A stretch of DNA of 28,653 bases from an uncultured Planctomycetaceae bacterium. GTDB taxonomy: Bacteria; Planctomycetota; Phycisphaerae; SM23-33. Below the pieces are notes generated by a model. That model did no database searches, had not been told where the DNA came from, and was given only the letters and a program-made list of their open reading frames with translations. Position numbers and translations under genes: made by a program. Positions within the stretch are counted from its first letter, which is position 1. Each line of letters starts with the position of its first letter. The stretch is from contig CAYWTX010000329.1 of the NCBI GenBank assembly GCA_964461295.1, positions 1 to 28,653 of the forward strand, written 5' to 3'. Positions 8,249 to 16,049 of this stretch are shown in pieces.

Positions 8249-9922
8249 ATGACCGGACACCGTACCGCCTTCCTCGGAGTAACTCTCCTGCTGCTGTCAA
8301 CGGCAGTTGCCTGCGCGGACGGGCCGTCCCTGCCCGGGGACGGACTCGCCGGTCGGATCGCCTATCGCCGCGACGGATCGGGTGTGTTCGCCGACGCCAG
8401 GCCCGTTGCGAACTGGGATACTGCCGCCGGGAGGAACGTCCTCTGGAAGATCGACTTCCCCGACTGGGGCCACAGCCTGCCCATCGTCGTGGGCGACAAG
8501 CTCTTCATCACCACCGAGCCGCAGTGGCTCTACTGCGTCGACGCCGCAACGGGGCGCGTCCTCTGGAAACAGGAGAGCAACGTCTTCGATCTCGTGCCCG
8601 GCGAGGAGGGACAAAAGCTCAAGGAGGCCTGGCGGATCAACTGGGACACTCGCCTGAAGATGGCACCGCTTAATGACAAGGTCAAGGCCATCGGGAAGCA
8701 ACTGGCCGCCGCCGACGGCGACGCGAAGCTCAAGGCTGAACTGGACAAACTGAACGCCGAACTGAAACCCATCCAGGACGAGCACGGCCGCACGTGGCTG
8801 ATCCTGAACCACGGGTACTCGAAGTTCCGCGGGGCGATGTGGGGCGAACTGCTGGGCTTCACCACGGCCGCCCCCGTCAGCGACGGGAAGTTCGTCTACG
8901 TCAAGCACGGCACGGGGGTGGTCGCGTGCTACGACCTGGCCGGCAAGCGCCAGTGGATGACCAAGTTCGAGTTCGACCCGCAAGCGACGAACTGCTGCTC
9001 GCCGCTGTTGGCCGGCGGCCGGGTGGTGATCCATCGCAAGAAGTCCACCGCCAAGTCGGGAGTGCGAGGCGGGACGTACACGCTCTGCGGCCTGGACCCA
9101 CGCAGCGGCGACGTGGCCTGGGAGACAGCCCCGCTGGCTGTCCCGGATTGGGGTTCGGGCACGTCGCTGGCGCTTCGCATTGGCGGGGCGGACGTGATCG
9201 TGACGGCCGGCGGCGATGCCGTCGGCGCCTCCGACGGGAAGGTGCTGGCCCGTCGCATGTTCGGCCCAACCGTTGCCAGCGCCAGCGGCCCCATCGCCGC
9301 CGGCGACGTGGTCATCATGACCGACGACAGCGATGGCGGGAAGACCGACCGCGCTCTGCGGGCGGTGCGTCTGGCGGCCGGCGAGAGCGGCGCGATCAAG
9401 GTCGAGCCGTTGTGGACGCGAGCGGTCTCGAACTTGCCTGCGGAAGCCGCCCAAGTCGATGAAACAGGCAGCGCCCCCTCTGCCGGTGCTCCGACAACAG
9501 CCGCCGCGGAACCGCCCACCGCAAGCAGGCCGGCGGCCACAAGCCAACCGGCGACCATTGCCGATACTCGCGCGGCCATCTTCTCCACTCCGGTCTGTCA
9601 CAAGGGCCGCGTCTATGCCGTTGAAGAGCGGGGCTTGCTCCTGGTGGTTGACGCGGGCACCGGCAACATCATCGAGGCGACCAACTTCTTCCCGCCCGAA
9701 CTGCGCAAGTCCAAAGTGGTGGTCTGGGCTCCGCTGACAATCGCGGGCAACTACTTGTTCATCGTCGAACTCGACGGCCGGGTCCTGGTGCTCGAATTGG
9801 AGCCGAAGTTGCGCCTCCAGGCCGTGACCAGCGTGCCGCGCCGCGCCGAAAGCGCCCCGTTCTTCGTCGGCGGGCGGATGTACCTGCGAACGCAGTGGTC
9901 GCTGTTCTGCATCGGATCGTGA
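8249..9922 (+). CDS. secreted (possibly lipoprotein) PQQ-like beta-propeller repeat protein (paralog 2)
   Basis: The frame opens at GTG 8207/ATG 8210, which overlaps the upstream stop (GTGATGA). The ATG at 8249 has GGGAGA about 9 nt upstream and begins a signal peptide MTGHRTAFLGVTLLLLSTAVAC (lipobox-like AVAC). PQQ repeats are present (LYCVDAATGRVLWK, VACYDLAGKRQWM, LCGLDPRSGDVAW, LLVVDAGTGNIIE). The sequence is clearly paralogous to 6690-8210 (WKIDFPDWGHSLPIVVGDKLFITTEP vs WRVPTKRFSNGMPVVVGQKLFVNMEP). Confidence 0.75.
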   Translation: MTGHRTAFLGVTLLLLSTAVACADGPSLPGDGLAGRIAYRRDGSGVFADARPVANWDTAAGRNVLWKIDFPDWGHSLPIVVGDKLFITTEPQWLYCVDAATGRVLWKQESNVFDLVPGEEGQKLKEAWRINWDTRLKMAPLNDKVKAIGKQLAAADGDAKLKAELDKLNAELKPIQDEHGRTWLILNHGYSKFRGAMWGELLGFTTAAPVSDGKFVYVKHGTGVVACYDLAGKRQWMTKFEFDPQATNCCSPLLAGGRVVIHRKKSTAKSGVRGGTYTLCGLDPRSGDVAWETAPLAVPDWGSGTSLALRIGGADVIVTAGGDAVGASDGKVLARRMFGPTVASASGPIAAGDVVIMTDDSDGGKTDRALRAVRLAAGESGAIKVEPLWTRAVSNLPAEAAQVDETGSAPSAGAPTTAAAEPPTASRPAATSQPATIADTRAAIFSTPVCHKGRVYAVEERGLLLVVDAGTGNIIEATNFFPPELRKSKVVVWAPLTIAGNYLFIVELDGRVLVLELEPKLRLQAVTSVPRRAESAPFFVGGRMYLRTQWSLFCIGS

Positions 9923-9965
9923 GTAGGGGTTCACGGACGCGCATCGTTGCCGAACCGGAGGTCAA

Positions 9966-12026
9966 TTGGTGAACAAGACAAGCGAATGGTTCTACGGTCA
10001 CATGCGGCAGGTCCACATGGACTTCCACATGCCGGAGTTCCCGGCAAGGGCGGTCAGTAGCTTCGATGCCAAGCGATTTGTCGAGCACCTGCTTCACGGG
10101 AAGGTGAACCTGGTCGCGCTGTTCGCCAAGTGCCACTTTGGGAACTCGTTCTACAACACCCGGGTGGGGCACAAGCACGCCGGGTTGCCGAACGACTTTC
10201 TCATGGAGGCGGCCGAGGAGTGCCGTCGCCACGGGATCGCGACGTTGGCATATTACTCTCTTTGCGCCGACCGGCGGGCCTACGACCGGTGCCCGCACTG
10301 GCGGAAGATCCGCCCGGACGGCACGTGCGAGCCCTTGCACGGGCCCTGGGGAAGCGTGTGCACCAATACCTCCTACCGCGAGGAGTTGGCGTTGCCGCAG
10401 TTGGAGGAGATTGCCCGCGGCTACCCGGTGGACGGCTTCTGGATTGACATCCCGATCCCAGGGCGGTGTTTCTGTCCGCGCTGCAAGGAGAAGTTCCGCG
10501 TCTTCCGCGGCAAGGATCTGGATGAGACCGTGCCCCATGACGAGCAACTGGCGTTTCAGTACGCCTGTGCGGCCGGGTTCCTCAAGGAACTGCGGGGGAT
10601 CGTCAACCGCACGAATCCCGAGTTGAGGATCGGCGCCAACAGCGCCGGCTCGCTGCCGGAACCGCGGTCGTTCGCCGACGTCTGCGACTTCGGCTGTTGG
10701 GAAAGCCAGCCGGGGTCCAACTACCTTTCGCACAGTTACGCGGCCCGGTACGTGCGAACGCTGTCCATGCCGATGCAGGTGATGTCCGTCCGCTTCTACC
10801 AGGGCTGGGGCGACTTGACGCTCAAGCCCGAGGCGCAGATGACCACGGAGTTCGCCGCGATGATCGGCAACGGGTGCGTCGCGACCGCCGGCGATCAGGT
10901 CAACGTGGACGGCACGCTTCAGCCGGCCGTCTACACCATGTTCCGCCGCGCGTTTGGCTTCGTCGAGGAACGCGAGAGCATCCTGCGTGGGGCGAAGTCG
11001 GTGAAGCACGCGGCCCTGGTGGCCCCGGCCTACGATCGCGATGCCTCCGTGTGGCGGGCGACGTGGCACCCCGCCATGCGGGGCGCGCACAAGGCGTTGC
11101 TGGAAAGGCACGTGCAGTTCGACATCCTCAGTTCGGTCGACGAAGACCAGTTCGCCCAGTACCGCTTGGCGGTTCTGCCCGAGCCGTGCGACTACCACCC
11201 GGCGTTCTTCGACCGGCTGCGGGAGTGGGTGCGGGCGGGCGGCGCTCTGGTCGCGGTCGGCGCATCCACGCTCCGCGACGGCAAGTTCCACCTGGAGGAC
11301 GTCCTGGGCGTCGAGTATCTGGAGCCGCTGGTCTTCCCGCTCTGCCACTTCCGGCCCGAGCCCGTGCTCGCGCCACTCATGGACGACCTGCCGCTCCAGT
11401 GTCGCGGCCGCGCACAGAAGGTTCTAGCCGCGTCGGCCACGCCGATCGCGAGCCTGTACTACCCCGAGAGCGAGCCGGCGGCCGACCGGTCGTTCCGCCA
11501 CGAGGAGTGCCCGCCGCCGTCGGACGTGCCCTCGGCCCATCCGTTTGCCACTATCAACCAGTTCGGCAAAGGCAAGGCCGTCTACATCAGCGGCCCGGTA
11601 TTCGCCGTCTACTGGCAGCGCAACCACCATTGGTTGGCGCAGTTCGTGGAGGCCGTCTTCGGACTGCTCGACCCGCTGCCGCCCTATCGGGTGGACGCCT
11701 CGGGTCTGGTCGAGGCCAACCTCATGCGTTCGGCGCAGGGCGACCTCCTGCTCAACCTGATCCACTACCAGCCCGGCCACCAGGCCGACGCGGCCGCGAT
11801 TCCCGCAATCGAGCGCGTCCATCCGCTTTCGAGCATCCGTTGCGAGGTGAAGGCCCCCGGCGCCGCCCGGGTGATGCTGGAGCCCGAAGGCCGCCAACTG
11901 GAGTTCGAGGCAAGAGAAGGCTATGTACGGTTCATCGTGCCCGAGTTGGAGCATCTGGCCGTCGTGAGGATCGCGTTGCCGGGGTCGTCCAGGATTGTCC
12001 GAAAGGGTCAAAGGAGCCGGAAATGA
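9966..12026 (+). CDS. putative glycoside hydrolase-like protein (GHL6/GH42-like TIM-barrel with beta-galactosidase-type trimerisation/A4 middle domain)
   Basis: 686 aa. The N-terminal HMDFHMPEF...LVALFAKCHFGNSFYNT...GFWIDIP resembles the hypothetical glycosyl hydrolase 6 (GHL6) TIM-barrel families. The middle region FDILSSVDEDQFAQYRLAVLPEPCDYHPAFFDRLREWVRAGGALVAV resembles the GH42 trimerisation (class I glutamine amidotransferase-like) domain. The start is uncertain: TTG 9966, GTG 9969 and ATG 10002 are all possible, and GGAGG lies at about 9957-9961. Confidence 0.55.
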   Translation: MVNKTSEWFYGHMRQVHMDFHMPEFPARAVSSFDAKRFVEHLLHGKVNLVALFAKCHFGNSFYNTRVGHKHAGLPNDFLMEAAEECRRHGIATLAYYSLCADRRAYDRCPHWRKIRPDGTCEPLHGPWGSVCTNTSYREELALPQLEEIARGYPVDGFWIDIPIPGRCFCPRCKEKFRVFRGKDLDETVPHDEQLAFQYACAAGFLKELRGIVNRTNPELRIGANSAGSLPEPRSFADVCDFGCWESQPGSNYLSHSYAARYVRTLSMPMQVMSVRFYQGWGDLTLKPEAQMTTEFAAMIGNGCVATAGDQVNVDGTLQPAVYTMFRRAFGFVEERESILRGAKSVKHAALVAPAYDRDASVWRATWHPAMRGAHKALLERHVQFDILSSVDEDQFAQYRLAVLPEPCDYHPAFFDRLREWVRAGGALVAVGASTLRDGKFHLEDVLGVEYLEPLVFPLCHFRPEPVLAPLMDDLPLQCRGRAQKVLAASATPIASLYYPESEPAADRSFRHEECPPPSDVPSAHPFATINQFGKGKAVYISGPVFAVYWQRNHHWLAQFVEAVFGLLDPLPPYRVDASGLVEANLMRSAQGDLLLNLIHYQPGHQADAAAIPAIERVHPLSSIRCEVKAPGAARVMLEPEGRQLEFEAREGYVRFIVPELEHLAVVRIALPGSSRIVRKGQRSRK
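12011..12016 (+). promoter_or_regulatory. Shine-Dalgarno AAGGAG for the AlgX/AlgJ-like gene (inside the 3' end of the upstream gene; ATGA start/stop overlap)
   Basis: AAGGAG is followed by a 6-nt spacer and then ATG at 12023. The upstream stop TGA is at 12024-12026. Confidence 0.6.
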
Positions 12027-13090
12027 AGCGATTGTGGATCGTCGGGTCGGTTGTGAGCATGTTGGCGGCCGTCGTTCCTGCCGACCTGGGGGGGCAGACC
12101 CCTGCCCCCGCGACCTCCAAGCCCGGTGCGGCCCCGGCCGCTCCGGCGGCAGCCGCGAACGCGGCGCCGACGCGGGAGGAATCGATCCGCCTGACCCTTG
12201 CCGCCATCGACCAGGAACTCAAGGACCACGGCGGGACCTTCGAGAAGTGGGGCGCGTCGATCAAGCCGTACCGCGACCAGCTATCCAAGCTCAAGAACCC
12301 GGCGATCAAGTGGCCCTGGCCGGCGAAGCATGACTTCGCCTTCCAGGGCAGAGAGATCGACCTGGTGATGCTCGACACGTTCGACAACGAGCCGGAAGGC
12401 AAACGCCCGTTCGAGGCCATCCTGGAGGTCCACAAGAGACTCAAGGAGCAGGGGGTCGACCTGATCTACGCGCCCCTGCCCGACAAGCTGGCGATCTACC
12501 CGGATTACCTGTCGGACACTGCGCCGGCCGACAAGATGGTCACCCCGGCGGTCAAGCAGTTGATGAAGAAGCTGTTGGGCAGCGGCGTTGAGTGCGTGGA
12601 CCTGTATCCGGCCTTCTACGCCCACCGCAAGGGGCATGGGGACGACAAGCCTCTTTATTACGACAAGAACAGCCACTGGCGGAACCTCGGCGCGCAACTG
12701 GCCGCCGCCGAGATCGCCCGCCCGCTCATGCGCTACGACTTCGTGCGGAAGGCCTTGGCTGAAGGGAACCGCTACTCGGTGAAACCCGACCGGCGGCAGT
12801 CGAGTTCGCCCGAAGACATCCTGGTGGTGCTGGACGCCAAGACCGGCGGACGCTATGCCGATGCCCCGGACTCGCCCATCCTCATCACCGGCGACAGCAA
12901 CCTGATGATGAACATGGGCACGGTCGGCGGGCATATGCCGGCCCATGTCGGCCGGCACATCGGCCTGCCGCTGGCGTTTGGCTCCAACACCATCCCATCG
13001 CAGCACTACGGCAAGCTGGGCGGAAAGAAAGTGGTGATCTGGTCCAACATAGCCCGCATGTTGGTGGGAATGGGTTACCCGACGAAGTAG
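12023..13090 (+). CDS. secreted AlgX/AlgJ (DHHW)-family SGNH-hydrolase-like protein, putative polysaccharide O-acetyltransferase/esterase
   Basis: 355 aa. The start ATG overlaps the upstream stop (ATGA at 12023-12026), and a perfect AAGGAG lies at 12011-12016 with a 6-nt spacer. A signal peptide is present (MKRLWIVGSVVSMLAAVVPA). The family motifs are LIYAPLPDKLAIYPDYL and DKNSHWRNLGAQLAAAEIA (D-x-HW); GDSNL occurs near the C-terminus. The upstream part of the track ORF 10697-13090 is an out-of-frame overlap with the preceding gene and is not part of this gene. Confidence 0.6.
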   Translation: MKRLWIVGSVVSMLAAVVPADLGGQTPAPATSKPGAAPAAPAAAANAAPTREESIRLTLAAIDQELKDHGGTFEKWGASIKPYRDQLSKLKNPAIKWPWPAKHDFAFQGREIDLVMLDTFDNEPEGKRPFEAILEVHKRLKEQGVDLIYAPLPDKLAIYPDYLSDTAPADKMVTPAVKQLMKKLLGSGVECVDLYPAFYAHRKGHGDDKPLYYDKNSHWRNLGAQLAAAEIARPLMRYDFVRKALAEGNRYSVKPDRRQSSSPEDILVVLDAKTGGRYADAPDSPILITGDSNLMMNMGTVGGHMPAHVGRHIGLPLAFGSNTIPSQHYGKLGGKKVVIWSNIARMLVGMGYPTK

Positions 13091-13111
13091 CGCGACCCGG
13101 AATGTGGCGGG

Positions 13112-14203
13112 CTAGAACCGTCCGAGGTCGCGTTCGGGCAGGAGCTTGCGGACGAGCACGTACCGCTGCTGGCGGTAGACGTTGAGTTCGCCGGTGATGC
13201 GGTAGAGAGGGGCCCGCAGGTAGCCCTTTGCGACGTGGGCGTCCTGCACCGCTTGCAGGAACTGCGAGGGCAGGATGCGAACGGGCGGCTCGCCGAGGGT
13301 GTTGTCCGACTCGAACCTCGCGGCCCACCAGCCGCCGCTGCCCGGGTCGGGCAGGACCCGCACGAGGCGGTCGACGATCATGGCGCCGCGGTCGGGCGCC
13401 AGCTCCTTGGTTGCCCCGGGCGCCACCGACGGCACGGGCGCCACCTTCGGCGGCGCCGTTTCCAGCAGGACCGGCTTGCCGACCTTCTCGCTCATGAGTT
13501 GGCCGAACACCGCATCGGCCGAGGGTCCGGGCTTGGCCGGGCGCGAGGCCGGGCCGGAGGCGGGCGCGGTGGCCGGGGCCGAAGCGGGCACGGGCGGCGG
13601 CGGGGGCGCGGGCGAGGCAACCTTTGGCGCGGGCGAGGGTCCCTCGTCCACCACGGTTGCCTTGCGGGGCATGAGGTAGGCGTGGTCGCGGAAGACGAAC
13701 GTCTCGCCGGAGACGCGGAACCGCACGTGGATGGACTGGACGGCGTGCTGTTGCATCACCTCCAGCAACCGGCAGGGCATGACGCGGCGCGCCGGCTCGG
13801 GCGCCTTGGCGGGCTCGTTCTCGAAGGTGAGCAGGTACCACTGGGCAGCATCGTCCAGCGAGAGCCGGCAGAGACGGTCGATGACCATGCTGCCGTCGGT
13901 GGGCAGGTCGGGGCGCTGCCTGGGCGCCTCGACGCCGACGGGCGTGGAAACGGGCACGGGCGGCCGATCGAGCAGCATGCGGGCGATGGCGCCGCTTTCG
14001 TCCGAGGCGGACATGTCGAAGGCGGGACGCGACGGGCGGTTGGGATCGGGCGCTGGCTGGGCCCGCGCCGACACACAGGGGGCGCCGACCAACAGGGCCG
14101 CCCAAAGGCATGCCGCGACGGATGTCGTGCCGCTGTTCAAGATACCAGGATTGTAGCGAGCAGGGGCTGGCAGGGGAAGCCTTCGCGCGATCAGGTGTCC
14201 CAT
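13112..14203 (-). CDS. hypothetical secreted protein with an internal tandem duplication of a ~85-aa domain separated by a Pro/Ala-rich linker
   Basis: 363 aa. A signal-like segment is present (TTSVAACLWAALLVGAPCVSARA). Two homologous segments are GSMVIDRLCRLSLDDAAQWYLLTFENEP...RVMPCRLLEVMQQHAVQSIHVRFRVSGETFVFRDHAYLM and GAMIVDRLVRVLPDPGSGGWWAARFESDN...RILPSQFLQAVQDAHVAKGYLRAPLYRITGELNVYRQQRYVLV. The linker is PAPKVASPAPPPPPVPASAPATAPASGPASRPAKPGP. The overlapping ORF 12885-14111 is R/A/G-rich and is judged a shadow frame. Confidence 0.45.
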   Translation of the reverse strand: MGHLIARRLPLPAPARYNPGILNSGTTSVAACLWAALLVGAPCVSARAQPAPDPNRPSRPAFDMSASDESGAIARMLLDRPPVPVSTPVGVEAPRQRPDLPTDGSMVIDRLCRLSLDDAAQWYLLTFENEPAKAPEPARRVMPCRLLEVMQQHAVQSIHVRFRVSGETFVFRDHAYLMPRKATVVDEGPSPAPKVASPAPPPPPVPASAPATAPASGPASRPAKPGPSADAVFGQLMSEKVGKPVLLETAPPKVAPVPSVAPGATKELAPDRGAMIVDRLVRVLPDPGSGGWWAARFESDNTLGEPPVRILPSQFLQAVQDAHVAKGYLRAPLYRITGELNVYRQQRYVLVRKLLPERDLGRF

Positions 14204-14303
14204 CTCAATGGAAGTGTCACTGTCACTGGTTTGTGCTGCAACTAAAGTGTCACCCCGTGCCCCCCGTCAAGGCGGCGGAGCGGAGGGAGGCGTCATCATT
14301 CGC

Positions 14304-14792
14304 TCACATGCCCTTCGTGAAGATCACCTTGTCGTCGCCGACGCTGTAGAAGTCCTTCACGCGCGCGGCGATGCCGTAGCCGCAGCGCAGGTAGAACTGC
14401 CGCGTCGGCTCGTACTGCTCGCGGCCGTTGGTTTCCACCACGGCCAGGCGGCCCCCGAACTGGCCGATGGACCGTTCGGAGTGGGCCATCAACGCCTTGC
14501 CGATGCCCTTGCCCTGTACCGTGCGGCACACGGCGATCCAGTAGATGTCGTAGGTGCCGACCGTGCATGGAGTGGGGCCAAAGCACACCCAGCCGACGGC
14601 GCGGCCGGAGAGTTCGGCGGTGCAGGACTGGTAGTGCCCCGAAGGTCCCTTGGCAAGGGCGTCGTCGAGGACCTCGGCGGCGATGTCGATCTCGTCGGGG
14701 CGGAACATGCCGGTGGCGAGCATGAAGTCGAGGATGGCCTGGCGGTCGGAAGCCCGACTCGGACGAATTGTCAAATGCGGAGTATTGTGCAC
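14304..14792 (-). CDS. GNAT family N-acetyltransferase
   Basis: 162 aa. The acetyl-CoA binding motif is V-QGKGIGKALM (Q/RxxGxG/A), with a GNAT fold-like layout ending ...YLRCGYGIAARVKDFY. It is the last gene of the KamA/ATP-grasp operon. Confidence 0.85.
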   Translation of the reverse strand: MHNTPHLTIRPSRASDRQAILDFMLATGMFRPDEIDIAAEVLDDALAKGPSGHYQSCTAELSGRAVGWVCFGPTPCTVGTYDIYWIAVCRTVQGKGIGKALMAHSERSIGQFGGRLAVVETNGREQYEPTRQFYLRCGYGIAARVKDFYSVGDDKVIFTKGM

Positions 14793-14841
14793 TATTGGTC
14801 TTTCTGTCGCCCCCGCGGGGCTCCGGTGCCTGCTATGTGGT

Positions 14842-14865
14842 GGCCGGGGGCTTTCGCCCCCGGCC
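14842..14865. other. 10-bp GC hairpin ggccgggggc-tttc-gcccccggcc between ATP-grasp A stop and GNAT start
   Basis: The stem is perfect with a tetraloop. A second small palindrome, gcccccgcggggc, lies at 14809-14821. There is no U-tract, so this may be an intra-operon processing or attenuation structure. Confidence 0.4.
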
Positions 14866-14930
14866 AGACCCTGACCGCCCCTCCGGGGCGAAGAGCCAAG
14901 ATGGTTCTGCCGGCTGTCCTCTTGTCCGGA

Positions 14931-16049
14931 TCATGCCCTCATCGCGTTCTCGACGCAGTTGCGGACAAAGTCCTCGCAGGCCCAGCCGGCGAAGTCGACG
15001 GCCGAGGCGAACCCGCCTTCGGGCGAGATATCGGGGTTGGGGTTCACTTCGAGCACCATCGGGCGTCCGGCCTCGTCGAGGCGGAAGTCCACGCGGGCGT
15101 AGTCGCGGCAGCCGAGAGCCTGCCAGGCCCGCAGGCTGATCTGCCGCGTCAGCCGTTCGACGCGGCGAGGCAAGGGGGCGGGGAGGATCCGGGGAGTATT
15201 GTTGTATCCGAACGTGTTCGGCAGCCACTTGGCCGCGTAGTCCACGATCCGGTGCATGCCGGGCTGGAACGTGGAGAAGTCGATCTCGGCGACGGCTAGC
15301 ACCTCGGCCTGGCCGGCCCGCTCAACGACCGAGACGTTCAGTTCGCGGCCGTCGATGTACTGCTCGACGATGGCCGGCTGGGCGAATTTCTCGTGGATCT
15401 CGCGGAGGGCGCGGGCCAGGCGGGGGCCGGCGCCCGGCACGATGGACCGCTCGGCGTGGATGCCTTCGGATGCGTCGGTGAAGACGGGCTTGACGATCAG
15501 CGGCCCAGGCGGCAGGTCGGCCCGCGAGACGCGCTGGCCGGGATCGACGAGCACGGCCCGGGGCACGGGCACGCCTGCGGCCGACAGGACGGCCTTGCTC
15601 CGCCACTTGTCCAGCGACAGGGCCAGGCATTCGGTGGTGTTGCCGGTGAAACTCCGTCCCATCGCGATGCAGACGGCGGGCGCCAGGTTTGCCTCCTGCG
15701 GGCGCTGCTGGAAGCCTTCGACGAGGTTGAACACGACGGGCTCATCGCCGGCGGCGAGGGCGGCGGGCACATCCCGTAGCGTGGCGGCCGAGGCCTTCCG
15801 GCAGGTCGCGCCGAGGCGGTCGAGGGCGGCGGCGACGGCGTTGACTTCCTCCAGGACGCCGGCTTCGCTCTCGATGTAGCCGCCGGCGGCGCCGGCAGCG
15901 GCGGGCTCGTTGTAGAGGATGACGACGGAGGGGAGCCTTTCGCGCCGGGATTCCTCGCGCCGCGAGCGATCGGACCCAAAACGGGCGAGCCGCTCTCTTC
16001 CCGAGAATCGGCAATCGGCAATCGGCAATTCGCACTCTCCCTTACGCAC
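14931..16049 (-). CDS. D-alanine--D-alanine ligase family ATP-grasp enzyme (amide/peptide ligase), paralog A
   Basis: 372 aa. ATP-grasp features are LIVKPVFTDASEGI, EQYIDGRELNVSVV, DYARVDFRLDEAGRPMVLEVNPNPDISP (compare Ddl E(V/I)NT(I/L)PG), and the N-terminal Ddl-like VVILYNEP...EVNAVAAAL. The start, GTG at 16049, overlaps the upstream stop by 8 nt. The N-terminal ~40 aa are low-complexity and contain a heptamer repeat, so the start is uncertain. Confidence 0.75.
   Translation of the reverse strand: MRKGECELPIADCRFSGRERLARFGSDRSRREESRRERLPSVVILYNEPAAAGAAGGYIESEAGVLEEVNAVAAALDRLGATCRKASAATLRDVPAALAAGDEPVVFNLVEGFQQRPQEANLAPAVCIAMGRSFTGNTTECLALSLDKWRSKAVLSAAGVPVPRAVLVDPGQRVSRADLPPGPLIVKPVFTDASEGIHAERSIVPGAGPRLARALREIHEKFAQPAIVEQYIDGRELNVSVVERAGQAEVLAVAEIDFSTFQPGMHRIVDYAAKWLPNTFGYNNTPRILPAPLPRRVERLTRQISLRAWQALGCRDYARVDFRLDEAGRPMVLEVNPNPDISPEGGFASAVDFAGWACEDFVRNCVENAMRA
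16008..16028. repeat. tandem heptamer (TTGCCGA)x3 on minus strand (tcggcaa x3 on plus) at the ATP-grasp B/ATP-grasp A gene junction
   Basis: Minus-strand reading is gaa ttgccga ttgccga ttgccga ttctcg. It sits 14-34 nt downstream of the ATP-grasp B stop (16042-44) and inside the annotated N-terminal extension of ATP-grasp A (encoding ELPIADCRF). Confidence 0.8.

Noticed and set aside
10697-12022. N-terminal 442 codons of the 797-aa track ORF 10697-13090.
   Set aside because: This part is out of frame with, and fully overlapped by, the GHL6-like gene (9966-12026), and is R/G/P-rich. Only the part from ATG 12023 has a signal peptide and the AlgX/AlgJ motifs, with a perfect SD 6 nt upstream.
14768-14773. 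Perfect TTGACA hexamer on the minus strand near the GNAT gene.
   Set aside because: It lies inside the GNAT coding sequence, downstream of its start codon, so it cannot be that gene's -35 element. It is most likely a chance occurrence.
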